36,641 bases of DNA from Candidatus Saccharimonadota bacterium (GTDB lineage: Bacteria; Patescibacteriota; Saccharimonadia; Saccharimonadales; UBA4665). The position numbers were made by a program, and so were the translations under genes. The stretch covers positions 1 through 36,641 of the forward strand of contig DAHVVZ010000045.1 of NCBI GenBank assembly GCA_027357065.1. The letters run 5' to 3'. Shown in pieces: positions 26,189-34,974 of this stretch (its first letter is position 1; each line of letters starts with the position of its first letter). The notes below the pieces were generated by a model that was given only the letters and a program-made list of their open reading frames with translations, did not search any database and was not told the origin of the DNA.

Positions 26189-29098
26189 CTACTTGCTCGC
26201 TCGCTTAAGTTTAATTCCAAGCTCTCCGCCTTCTATATTAACAGCTTCAGCGTAGGCGGAATCTAGCTCTTTTAGATTTAGAGTAAGGGCCAGGGTTTCT
26301 TTTTGAATTAAGTTAGCCAGGGATTTCTCGGAAAAAGCTTCTTCAATCTCACTGGTGGTTGCACCAAGTTGAAGATCAATCCGATCATCGACTTCTAGAC
26401 CGGCGTTCTTGCGTGCATTTTGAACATTACGAATTATCTCTCTGGTTATGCCTTCCCGCTTTAGGTCGGGCGTAATACGCAGATCAACAGCAGCCAGCAA
26501 TTGACCAGCCCCCGCTTTTTCAGGGTGCAATTTAACTTCTTTAACATTAAGCTCTTCAGCGATAATTGAAATTAAATCCGAACCTAGATCTTTTTGCTCT
26601 TTAGTAAATATACTCACGCTACTCAGCGGTTGACGAACCTTGATGCCAGCTTCGGCGCGCTGTCTTAAGCCTTCGTTAATGATTGCCCTTGCGGCAGCCA
26701 TAGAATCGAGCAATGTTTGATCGATCTTCCCGACAGCGGGCCACTTAAGTAAATGCACACTTTCGCCTCCTGTAAGTAGACGGTATAGTTCTTCGCTTAA
26801 GAAAGGCGTAAATGGAGCCAGAATCTGTGCTAGCTGAACTAGTACGTAGTGTAGTGTTGCATAGGCCTGGTTCTTATCCTTGTCATTTTCAGATTTCCAA
26901 AATCTTTTGCGCGATCGACGCACATACCAGTTAGATGCATCGTCAATAAACGGTAAGGCGTCCTTTAGGGCTCCTGGTATATCGTAAGCCTGCATATTTG
27001 CGTCAACAGATTGGTTTAATTGATGTACCCTGGATATAATCCAGAGGTCAAGCGAATTATTTGAAGTTGGGGGCACTGAGCCGGACGCAGGGTCCCACTC
27101 CCAATTGTCAACGTCGGCGTATAAGCTGAAGAAGTCATAAATGTTCCAAATCATGCCTAGCTTACGACTGACATCTCCGGCGTCTTTATCTACCAGCGAG
27201 AAGTCTTCTGCATTCAGTACTGGCGAACTCAGCAATAAGAAACGTAGTGCATCCGCACTATAACGATCCATTAGCTCATTCGGGTCAGTAAAGTTTCCGT
27301 AGCTCTTGCTCATTTTACGACCGTCGTTGCCGGCCAAAGTGCCGGTAACTATGACATTGCTAAAAGCGTTGCTATTAAACAGACCGGTCGATATGGTATG
27401 CAAATAATAAAACCAGGCCCTGACCTGACCAACATACTCAGCTATAAAATCGCCCGGAAAGTTAAGTTCAAACTTTTCAGTATTCTCAAATGGATAGTGG
27501 AACTGGGCAAACGGCATACTACCGCTCTCAAACCAACAGTCCAACACCTTATCGATACGCCTGTACTCAACTCCGTCCAGCTCAAAGGTAACATCATCCA
27601 CCCAGGGCCGATGATAATCCTCGAGTTCCACCCCAGAGAGTTCTTTTAGCTCAGCATAGCTCCCGACCACCTTGATTCTTTCTTTGCCCTCGCTATCTAT
27701 GCCCTTCCATACAGGCATAGCAGTAGCCCAAAATCGATCGCGGCTAATATTCCAATCCGGGGCGCTTTGAACGGTTTTAGCAAAGCGACCTAATTTAATG
27801 TGTTCCGGGAACCAGTTAACGTTCTGGTTCAATTCCAGCATCTGGTCTTTTTGAGATGCGATATCTAAGAACCAGCTGGGATGAGCACGGTAAATTAGCT
27901 TAGTATTGCAACGGTGGCAATGCGGATAAGAGTGCGTAATAAAATCAATCTTCCAGACTATACCGCGTTTATGCAACTCTTTTGCAATCTGGCGGTTAGC
28001 TTCCCAGACCTGCATTCCTTCCCATTCACCGCTATTGTAAATTCCGTAATCGTCTACATTGGCAACAATCGGTATATGGTTTAGCTGTGCCAGCTCGTAG
28101 TCCTCCTCGCCGTAAGCAGGGGCAAGATGCACAACGCCCGTACCTTCTTCTACGCTTACATAATCTGCCGCCCAGACTTGATGAGCCCGTTTACCAAGAT
28201 TTTCAAACAACGGTTCGTAGCTTTTACCAACCAATTCACTACCCTTAAAGGTTTTTAGCAGCTTGAATGCTAGCGGTTGGTGCTTTTCGTTAACTAGAAC
28301 TTTGTCCAGTAGTTGTTTTGCCAAGATAAAGACATCCCCGTCCAGCTCCACTTCGGCGTAATCAAGGTTAGGGTTAACGGCAACCGCCGTGTTGGCAGGT
28401 AGCGTCCACGGTGTAGTGGTCCAAGCTAGCAAATAGCTATTTTTGGTACCGGCTAGCTTAAATTTAACGTAAACAGAAGGATCGGTGTCGTCCTGGTACG
28501 AATTATCCTGAGCCACTTCAGCCTTTGAAATAGGGGTTGCGTCACGGATACAGTAAAGCAGAACTTTCTCGCCTTCGTAGATCTTTCCCTTATCATAAAG
28601 CTGCTTAAAGGCCCACCAAACTGACTCCATAAAGTCTTTGTCCATAGTTCGATAGGCGCCTTTAAAATCTACCCAACGTCCAACGCGTTGAATCGTGCTC
28701 TCCCATTCATTACCAGTCACGACCATATTCTCGCGGCAGGTTAAGATGTAATCTTCAAGGCTAATCTTGGTGCCTATATCCCGCTTATCAGAAATGCCTA
28801 ACTTCTTCTCGGTAAATACTTCCGCAGGTAAACCATGGCAATCCCAGCCCCAAACCCGCTCGACGCGCTTTCCTTTCATTGTCCAGTACCGAGGAATGGC
28901 ATCTTTGACAATACTAGAGAGCAGAGTTCCATGGTGCGGCACGCCGGTTATGAAGGGCGGGCCGTCATAGAAAACATAGGAGTTATCTTTGGGTCGCTCC
29001 TCTACTGAACGCTCAAAAGTTTTGTTCTCCTGCCAGTACTTAATTAAGTCTTTTTCATACTCAATTGCCGGCCTACGACTATGTTGCTTGAATTTCAT
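26189..29098 (-). CDS. ileS: Isoleucyl-tRNA synthetase (type 2, eukaryote-like)
   Basis: 969 aa with a HIGH-type motif in PPFITGVPHHGTLL and KMSKS (RKMSKSYGN). The N-terminal FYDGPPF pattern is typical of type 2 IleRS. Confidence 0.96.
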   Translation of the reverse strand: MKFKQHSRRPAIEYEKDLIKYWQENKTFERSVEERPKDNSYVFYDGPPFITGVPHHGTLLSSIVKDAIPRYWTMKGKRVERVWGWDCHGLPAEVFTEKKLGISDKRDIGTKISLEDYILTCRENMVVTGNEWESTIQRVGRWVDFKGAYRTMDKDFMESVWWAFKQLYDKGKIYEGEKVLLYCIRDATPISKAEVAQDNSYQDDTDPSVYVKFKLAGTKNSYLLAWTTTPWTLPANTAVAVNPNLDYAEVELDGDVFILAKQLLDKVLVNEKHQPLAFKLLKTFKGSELVGKSYEPLFENLGKRAHQVWAADYVSVEEGTGVVHLAPAYGEEDYELAQLNHIPIVANVDDYGIYNSGEWEGMQVWEANRQIAKELHKRGIVWKIDFITHSYPHCHRCNTKLIYRAHPSWFLDIASQKDQMLELNQNVNWFPEHIKLGRFAKTVQSAPDWNISRDRFWATAMPVWKGIDSEGKERIKVVGSYAELKELSGVELEDYHRPWVDDVTFELDGVEYRRIDKVLDCWFESGSMPFAQFHYPFENTEKFELNFPGDFIAEYVGQVRAWFYYLHTISTGLFNSNAFSNVIVTGTLAGNDGRKMSKSYGNFTDPNELMDRYSADALRFLLLSSPVLNAEDFSLVDKDAGDVSRKLGMIWNIYDFFSLYADVDNWEWDPASGSVPPTSNNSLDLWIISRVHQLNQSVDANMQAYDIPGALKDALPFIDDASNWYVRRSRKRFWKSENDKDKNQAYATLHYVLVQLAQILAPFTPFLSEELYRLLTGGESVHLLKWPAVGKIDQTLLDSMAAARAIINEGLRQRAEAGIKVRQPLSSVSIFTKEQKDLGSDLISIIAEELNVKEVKLHPEKAGAGQLLAAVDLRITPDLKREGITREIIRNVQNARKNAGLEVDDRIDLQLGATTSEIEEAFSEKSLANLIQKETLALTLNLKELDSAYAEAVNIEGGELGIKLKRASK

Positions 29099-29316
29099 AC
29101 TTATCTCGCCACTTTAACCTCTTAAAATTAAATAAACCTCAAAGGTCATCGGAATCCCCTTGATTTAGGGACGGTACCATCCGACTTCCTTTGAGGTTTT
29201 ACTCAAAAGCACTTGATTTAAGGTATTACGGACCTTGCCGGCGGGTTCTAGTCCGCCAAAGTATTATCTTGGCGTTTCTTCCCGGTCCATCGCAGCTGAT
29301 AACTGCTCAGACGGAC
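29099..29316 (-). promoter_or_regulatory. T-box riboswitch leader of ileS
   Basis: The minus strand contains the T-box core AAGUCGGAUGGUACCGUCCC (29187-29168). It can fold as a bulged helix: UCGGA/UCCGA, a 7-nt bulge UGGUACC, then GUCCC/GGGAU. An upstream hairpin GCAG-UUAUCAG-CUGC (29306-29292) presents AUC-A in its loop, above a GA-type internal loop. Confidence 0.75.
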
Positions 29317-29341
29317 GCTTCACCTTTCAGTTTAGCATTTA

Positions 29342-29617
29342 CTAAAGATTTGAGCTAGCGTAGTAAATTATATCCTCAGGACGCGGCAGCTCAGATTCTC
29401 CTTCCCAACTTTGAACCATGCTCCCGTCGTCACGTAATACCATCAAACTAGGGTACCGCATAATGCCGTAGAGTTTAGCCATTGCAGTTCCGTCTTCCTG
29501 CTCAACGTCTAGAACTTCAATCATTGAACCAGGATATAGCTGTTTGTATTCTCGGACTAGCTCTTCAACTGCAATCCGATGCTCGGAATGAGGCTGGTAA
29601 AGCACGAGTACTTTCAT
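29342..29617 (-). CDS. Thioredoxin-fold protein lacking cysteines (function unknown)
   Basis: 91 aa. A beta-alpha-beta N-terminus (MKVLVLY) and a Trx-like cis-Pro segment (GIMRYPSLMVLRDDG) suggest a thioredoxin fold. The position of the CxxC motif reads PHSEH, and the protein contains no Cys. Confidence 0.6.
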   Translation of the reverse strand: MKVLVLYQPHSEHRIAVEELVREYKQLYPGSMIEVLDVEQEDGTAMAKLYGIMRYPSLMVLRDDGSMVQSWEGESELPRPEDIIYYASSNL

Positions 29618-29677
29618 GCTTTTAGTCTAGCACGAACCCTCATTGGCGCTGATTAGAAAGGCCCGGAAATTAACGGC

Positions 29678-32455
29678 TTAGCTACAGCCAGTAGTGCTGC
29701 CGCACGATGCGCAAACGTAACAGCTTCCCGAGCGCTGGGTAATATTACCGCAGTTGTAGCAAAGTGGAGCTGAGGGGTCAACAATAAGCTGTTTACTGGT
29801 TTCGCTATAACTAACGCTGCTCACGCTAGTAAGCTGCTGAACAGCAACCGGTTCAGGCTCTTTAAAGCTACTCTTTGGGGTTGCCACCGGAGCTGGCTCG
29901 GGGATATTTAGCTCGGTTTGCGTCTCAGGCATGGTCAAATCACTTAAATCAGCAAGTCCCAGCTCAAGGCGGTCATCGAAGCTTAAGTAGTCCATGGCTA
30001 GACGCCTGAGAATATAGTCTGTAATTGAGCTGGCTGTCTTAATCTCCGGATCATCAGTCGCTCCGGAAGGGGCAAATGATGTTCCGCGCAAGATTCCTGC
30101 ATAGTGCTTAAGCGGAACGCCGTATTGTAAACCTAAGCTAACAGAAATCGCGAAAGAGTCCATCAGCCCTCTGAGGGTACTTCCCTGCTTGCTGACGTTA
30201 ATGAACAGCTCACCCGGCTTTCCGTCTTCATACTCACCAACCGTGAAATAGCCGTCCAAATCCGCAATCTGGAACTTATAGGTTCGACTAGTACGTACTT
30301 TGGGTAGTTTTTTCCTCGCAGGACCGTTTACGATAATCCGGCTATCGGATTTCGGCACGGTCTTTTGCTCGCCATCTTTTTTAGCCATCGATAGCGGTTG
30401 GGCAACCTTGCAATTATCCCGGTAAATGGCAATTGCCTTAAGACCCATTTTCCAGGCATCGAGGTGTAGCTGTTCAATATCTTCCACGCTAGCTTCCTCG
30501 GGCATATTGACCGTCTTGGATATTGCTCCGGAAATAAAGGGCTGAGCGGCCGCCATCATTTTGACGTGACCTAGGTAATGAATTGAGTTGTCCCCCATCG
30601 AACAAGCAAATACCGGCAAATGCTCACTCTTTAGATGTGGCGCACCAATAATTGTCTTCTCGTCGTCAATGTATTTAACAATTTCGGCTATCTGGTCTTT
30701 CTTGTAGCCTAAGGATTTGAGAGCCCGAGGAACTGTCTGGTTAACGATGCTCATCGTACCGCCACCGACCAGTTTCTTGACTTTTACTAGTCCTAAGTCC
30801 GGCTCAATACCGGTAGTATCACAGTCCATCATCAAACCAATTGTCCCAGTAGGAGCTAGAACGCTAGCTTGAGAGTTACGCACCCCATGACGCTCACCTA
30901 GTTCGACCGCTTCGTCCCAGGCATTTGTTGCCGCGCTCAACAGGTCTTCACTAACCAAGCTGGCATCGATTTTTGAAACCTCTGCCCGGTGTTGTTTCAA
31001 TACCTTGATCATTCCTTCGCGATCCTTATTGAATCCGGCAAACGGACCGACTTTAGCGGCCATTTTAGCCGATGTCGCATAGGCGTATCCGGTAAGTAAG
31101 GCCGTTATAGCGGAGGCCTGAGCTCTTCCCTCGTCACTGTCGTATGGCAGCCCTTGAGCCATCAGGAGTGCTCCCAGGTTGGCGTAACCGATACCTAGTT
31201 CCCTATAGGCGAGGGCGTTCTTGCCAATACTCTCGGTCGGATATTCGCTATAGCCAACTAAGATTTCCTGCGCAGTAAAAATTAGCTCTACAGTGTGTTT
31301 GAATTCATCAATTTGGAATGATCCATCCTCTTTTAGAAACTTCAGCAGATTGAGGCTGGCCAGATTACAGGCTGAATTGTCTAAGTGCATGTACTCACTG
31401 CAAGGATTTGAACCATTAATCCTGCCGGCTTTGGGGGTAGTGTGCCAGTGATTAATAACGGTATCGAACTGCATGCCGGGATCGGCGCATTCCCATGCCG
31501 CTTCGGCAAACTGACGGTAAAGATCGCGGGCTTTTACGGTACGCACTGTTTTGCCGGTCGTCACCGCTTTAAGATCCCAATCGCCATCATCCTCGACAGC
31601 TTGCATAAATTCATCAGTTACTCTTACTGATATATTGGCATTCTGGTATTGCACCGAAAAGCTGTCCTTGCCGTCTAAAGTCATATCCCAGCCCAAGCTC
31701 TCGAGATCTCGCGCCTTGCGCTCTTCGATTGCCTTACTCCAGATAAAATCATATACATCCGGGTGATCAACGTTTAGAATGACCATCTTTGCTGCCCGCC
31801 TAGTCTTGCCACCACTCTTAATTGCCCCTGCGCTAGCATCTGCACCACGCATGAAACTTAAAGGACCGCTTGCGGTTCCCGCACTACGACTTAGCTGTTC
31901 AACGCTACTCCTTAAAGGACTAAGGTTAATCCCGGCACCGGATCCACCCTTAAAGATCATCCCCTCTTCGACATACCAGTTGAGTATCGAAGGCATGGTG
32001 TCTTCTATTCCTAAAATAAAGCAGGCGCTGGCCTGTTGGGAGCGTGTTGGGACGCCAATATTAAACCAAACCGGCGAGTTAAAAGCCGCCCGTTGTGTGG
32101 CAAGAATATACTTTAGCTCTTCTTGAAAATCTTCAGCGATGGTTTCCGACTCAAAATAACCTCCCTTTAGCCCATGCTCGGTAATCGTATCAACTACTCT
32201 GTCGATTAACTGTTTCAGGGAGCGCTCCCGCTCGGGAGTACCCGGAGTACCGCTAAAGTATTTCTGGGCTACTATGTTAACTGCGTTCTGGGACCAACCA
32301 ACCGGAAATTCAATATCTTTTTGCTCGAATACTACCTCATTAGTTTGAGGATTACTTAGCAGCGAGTGGCGAGTCTCCCACTCTAACTGATCGTATGCTT
32401 TACTCTTGGCCGGGGTAAATAGCCTGCCGGCACCAATATCGGTTGCTTGTCCCAT
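29678..32455 (-). CDS. nrdJ: Class II (adenosylcobalamin-dependent) ribonucleotide reductase NrdJ
   Basis: 925 aa with the active-site SNPCSEY and the long NrdJ architecture. The Cys-rich C-terminal tail is CYNCGNITQRSGSCYVCASCGSTTGC. A GGGAG SD lies 7 nt upstream. Confidence 0.93.
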   Translation of the reverse strand: MGQATDIGAGRLFTPAKSKAYDQLEWETRHSLLSNPQTNEVVFEQKDIEFPVGWSQNAVNIVAQKYFSGTPGTPERERSLKQLIDRVVDTITEHGLKGGYFESETIAEDFQEELKYILATQRAAFNSPVWFNIGVPTRSQQASACFILGIEDTMPSILNWYVEEGMIFKGGSGAGINLSPLRSSVEQLSRSAGTASGPLSFMRGADASAGAIKSGGKTRRAAKMVILNVDHPDVYDFIWSKAIEERKARDLESLGWDMTLDGKDSFSVQYQNANISVRVTDEFMQAVEDDGDWDLKAVTTGKTVRTVKARDLYRQFAEAAWECADPGMQFDTVINHWHTTPKAGRINGSNPCSEYMHLDNSACNLASLNLLKFLKEDGSFQIDEFKHTVELIFTAQEILVGYSEYPTESIGKNALAYRELGIGYANLGALLMAQGLPYDSDEGRAQASAITALLTGYAYATSAKMAAKVGPFAGFNKDREGMIKVLKQHRAEVSKIDASLVSEDLLSAATNAWDEAVELGERHGVRNSQASVLAPTGTIGLMMDCDTTGIEPDLGLVKVKKLVGGGTMSIVNQTVPRALKSLGYKKDQIAEIVKYIDDEKTIIGAPHLKSEHLPVFACSMGDNSIHYLGHVKMMAAAQPFISGAISKTVNMPEEASVEDIEQLHLDAWKMGLKAIAIYRDNCKVAQPLSMAKKDGEQKTVPKSDSRIIVNGPARKKLPKVRTSRTYKFQIADLDGYFTVGEYEDGKPGELFINVSKQGSTLRGLMDSFAISVSLGLQYGVPLKHYAGILRGTSFAPSGATDDPEIKTASSITDYILRRLAMDYLSFDDRLELGLADLSDLTMPETQTELNIPEPAPVATPKSSFKEPEPVAVQQLTSVSSVSYSETSKQLIVDPSAPLCYNCGNITQRSGSCYVCASCGSTTGCS

Positions 32456-32570
32456 TGTTTTTCTCCCTTTAATTAGCTAGAGCTAGACATAGGGCCCCTC
32501 ACACAGTAGCCCTTGCCCACCCTTTAAGCTCTTTTTAGTTTTTAATTGTTTGATAGTTTTTGTTAGAGTT

Positions 32571-32596
32571 TACAAAAAGCGTCTGTTAAAACGCTT
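32571..32596 (-). terminator. Weak hairpin plus U-tract between nrdR and nrdJ
   Basis: The minus strand reads AAGCGU, an 8-nt loop, ACGCUU, then UUUGU: a 6-bp stem and a short U run. Confidence 0.35.
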
Positions 32597-32646
32597 CCTG
32601 AAAGCTCTCTTTGGTTCATAAACTAGTTATGGAACAAAGAGAATGT

Positions 32647-33135
32647 TCAATCCGATACTTTTTGAGTTGGCTCGCTCGAACGGTTTTGACGCCGGATATG
32701 CGACAACTCACGTTCAAATCCGGCAATGTCCTTAAAGCGCCGATAGACGCTAGCGAAACGCACATAGGCGACTTCATTAAGTAGGCTTAGGCGTTCCATG
32801 ACTAGATTACCGATTGCCGCCGAGTTTACCTCTTGGTCTCCGGAAGCGTAGAGGCTATCCTCAATGTCCGTAACCATCCTCTCAAGCTGTACACTCGTAA
32901 CCGGAGTCTTCTCACAAGCCTTATATAGGCCGCCGAGTAGCTTATCGCGACTAAACAGCTGGCGCGTACCATCATGCTTAATGACAATTAGCTGAGGCCT
33001 TTCGATTCGCTCGTAAGTTGTGAATCGTTGACCGCAGGCATTGCACATCCGGCGACGCCTGATTGCCTGTCCGTCCGCTACATCGCGTGACTCAATGACT
33101 CGAATATCGTCACTTTGGCATTTATTGCAGTTCAT
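32647..33135 (-). CDS. nrdR: Transcriptional repressor NrdR
   Basis: 162 aa with an N-terminal zinc ribbon (CNKC...CNAC) followed by an ATP-cone. It uses a TGA stop. Confidence 0.95.
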   Translation of the reverse strand: MNCNKCQSDDIRVIESRDVADGQAIRRRRMCNACGQRFTTYERIERPQLIVIKHDGTRQLFSRDKLLGGLYKACEKTPVTSVQLERMVTDIEDSLYASGDQEVNSAAIGNLVMERLSLLNEVAYVRFASVYRRFKDIAGFERELSHIRRQNRSSEPTQKVSD

Positions 33136-33239
33136 CCTTTTTTTAGGATCCTCCAGTTCGCCAAAAACATAGCTTAAGCTAGTTTTGGTACTAATATTTT
33201 TGCTCTTTTATGCGATGTTTGTTTTAAAAGTACGCTGTC

Positions 33240-33301
33240 GCGCCATAGCTAATGTCCATATATAGCGCTTGGTAATACCAATATAGCTCTAGCTATAGCG
33301 C
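33240..33301. promoter_or_regulatory. Candidate NrdR boxes flanking a TGGTATTAC -10 upstream of nrdR
   Basis: Read on the minus strand, there are two 16-mers: GCGCTATATATGGACA (33268-33253) and GCGCTATAGCTAGAGC (33301-33286). Their centres are 33 bp apart. Each matches about 10 of 16 positions of the published NrdR-box consensus acaCwAtATaTwGtgt, including C4 and G13. A third GCGCCATAGC-type copy lies at 33240-33255 on the plus strand. TGGTATTAC (33280-33272, minus strand) lies between the boxes. Confidence 0.5.
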
Positions 33302-33371
33302 TTTGCAATAGTTTTGGCGCTGTATTATTTACTTTTAAGAACTACCTGCTGTGGCCAAAAGTATCATTAAC

Positions 33372-33390
33372 GGACTAAGAGTTTTAGTCC
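33372..33390 (-). terminator. Hairpin downstream of ftsZ (weak terminator candidate)
   Basis: GGACUAA, a 5-nt loop, UUAGUCC form a 7-bp stem about 80 nt after the ftsZ stop. No immediate U-tract follows on the minus strand. Confidence 0.3.
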
Positions 33391-33468
33391 AACTTTTGAG
33401 GTAACAATGTCTTGATGTGGTCTAGCGCTAAGCCAAGAATCTGCATCGAAATATGCTCAGTGTAGAAA

Positions 33469-34791
33469 TTACTTTTTTAAATCTTCTTCTTCAGACTTGT
33501 GTTTGCGTCCTAGACGACGCAAAAAAGATGGCTTTTCGAGATCTTCGTCCAGCTTGCTACTAACAAAAGTTTCGTGACTATTGTCTGCCTCATTTTCGCC
33601 AGAATCATCATCTTTATCGTCAGCTTCATTCTTTGTGCCGTTATCAATTTCTTCTTCCTCGTCAATTGTCCAGATATTGGGCATATTCTGAGTCTCGCTG
33701 ACAAAGTCTACCTCAACTTCTTCAAGGTCAGTATCGATGCCGCTCATTGCGGCTTCTTCGTCCGCTGGAACTAACGATTCTCTCTCTTTATCTTGAGCTG
33801 CAAAACTTAGCTGTTTCGGTCGTTCGGCATAGTAACTGGCATCGAAACCGGTCGCCACAACGGTAATAATAATTTCACCTACCAGGTCAGGGTTAATGGT
33901 CGCTCCGAAAATAATGTTAGCTTCCGGATCGGCCGCGGCCGTAATTGCTTCTGCAGCCGTATTAATTTCGTGCATTGCCAAATCTTCACCGCCAATAACG
34001 TTAAATAGAATGCCCCTGGCACCATCAATCGATACTTCAAGCAGTGGCGACTCAATAGCCTGTTTAGCGGCTTTAACCGCACGCTCGTCACCACTGGCCC
34101 TACCAATACCCATTAAGGCGGTTCCGGCATTAACCATTACAGTCTTAACGTCCGCAAAATCTAGGTTAATCAATCCGTGTACGGTAATTAAATCGGATAT
34201 TCCTTGGACTCCCTGACGCAGCACGTCATCGGCTACTTTAAAGGCCTCAATTAAAGGAGTCTGACGATCGATTGTCTGCAATAAGCGATCATTTGGCACA
34301 ATAATCAAAGTATCCACTGACTGACGTAACTTATCGATTGCCTCTTCGGCATTACGCCGGCGCTTATCTCCTTCAAAAGCAAATGGCTTAGTAGCAAAAC
34401 CGACTACTAGTGCGCCGTCATCTTTTGCCAGTTTAGCTACAATGTGTCCGGCGCCACTGCCTGTCCCACCGCCGGCACCGAGAGTCACAAAAACCATATC
34501 CGCTCCGTGCAGCGCCTTCTTAATCTCGTCTGCCGATTCTTCAGCCGCTAATTGTCCGGTTTTCGGATTAGCCCCTGAGCCTAAGCCTTTGGTTGTGTCT
34601 TTACCGATGTGTACTTTTTTATCAGCTTTAGAGAAATGCAGGGCTTGAGCGTCAGTGTTAATGGCGATAAATTCAACATTTTCTACCCCGGCCTCAATCA
34701 TTCGGTTCACCGCGGCGCCACCGGCTCCACCTACGCCAACGACCTTGATTTGAGCGAACGTTTCAATCTCGGGTTCTACGACCTGTGCCAT
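33469..34791 (-). CDS. ftsZ: Cell division GTPase FtsZ
   Basis: 440 aa with the tubulin signature GGGTGSGAG, a long acidic linker and the conserved C-terminal peptide [17 protein letters not shown] is present. Confidence 0.97.
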   Translation of the reverse strand: MAQVVEPEIETFAQIKVVGVGGAGGAAVNRMIEAGVENVEFIAINTDAQALHFSKADKKVHIGKDTTKGLGSGANPKTGQLAAEESADEIKKALHGADMVFVTLGAGGGTGSGAGHIVAKLAKDDGALVVGFATKPFAFEGDKRRRNAEEAIDKLRQSVDTLIIVPNDRLLQTIDRQTPLIEAFKVADDVLRQGVQGISDLITVHGLINLDFADVKTVMVNAGTALMGIGRASGDERAVKAAKQAIESPLLEVSIDGARGILFNVIGGEDLAMHEINTAAEAITAAADPEANIIFGATINPDLVGEIIITVVATGFDASYYAERPKQLSFAAQDKERESLVPADEEAAMSGIDTDLEEVEVDFVSETQNMPNIWTIDEEEEIDNGTKNEADDKDDDSGENEADNSHETFVSSKLDEDLEKPSFLRRLGRKHKSEEEDLKK

Positions 34792-34827
34792 ATATGTTAT
34801 CTCCCTGACCTGCTAATTTCTAATTCC

Positions 34828-34855
34828 AGTATACCCTTGCTACATCTAAGGTCAA
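34828..34855 (-). promoter_or_regulatory. ftsZ promoter candidate (TTGACC - 16 nt - TATACT)
   Basis: On the minus strand the -35 TTGACC is at 34855-34850. The -10 GGGTATACT is at 34836-34828, about 37 nt upstream of the ftsZ ATG. Confidence 0.5.
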
Positions 34856-34974
34856 TAAAAATGTATGCGTTTGGTTTATGTATTATTCATGACTAAATAA
34901 ACATAAGCTCGTTGGTTGTTCAGGCAATTTAGGTAGTTCTTAGTGTGTACTATTTTTTTGTTCTTTAGTATGAA

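Noticed and set aside
29235-29242. An alternative T-box fold in which GCCGGCAA forms the Specifier loop, with GGC (Gly) or GCC (Ala) as the codon.
   Set aside because: The downstream gene is ileS. An AUC-A is available in a better-defined loop upstream, and the segment more plausibly belongs to Stem II. This cannot be settled without covariation data.
29678-32455. A possible intein in the 925-aa NrdJ, since ribonucleotide reductases are frequent intein hosts.
   Set aside because: The active-site segment SNPCSEY and its flanking conserved blocks are contiguous. No Cys/Ser-initiated insertion ending in HN is visible. The length is normal for long-form NrdJ with a C-terminal Cys-rich tail.
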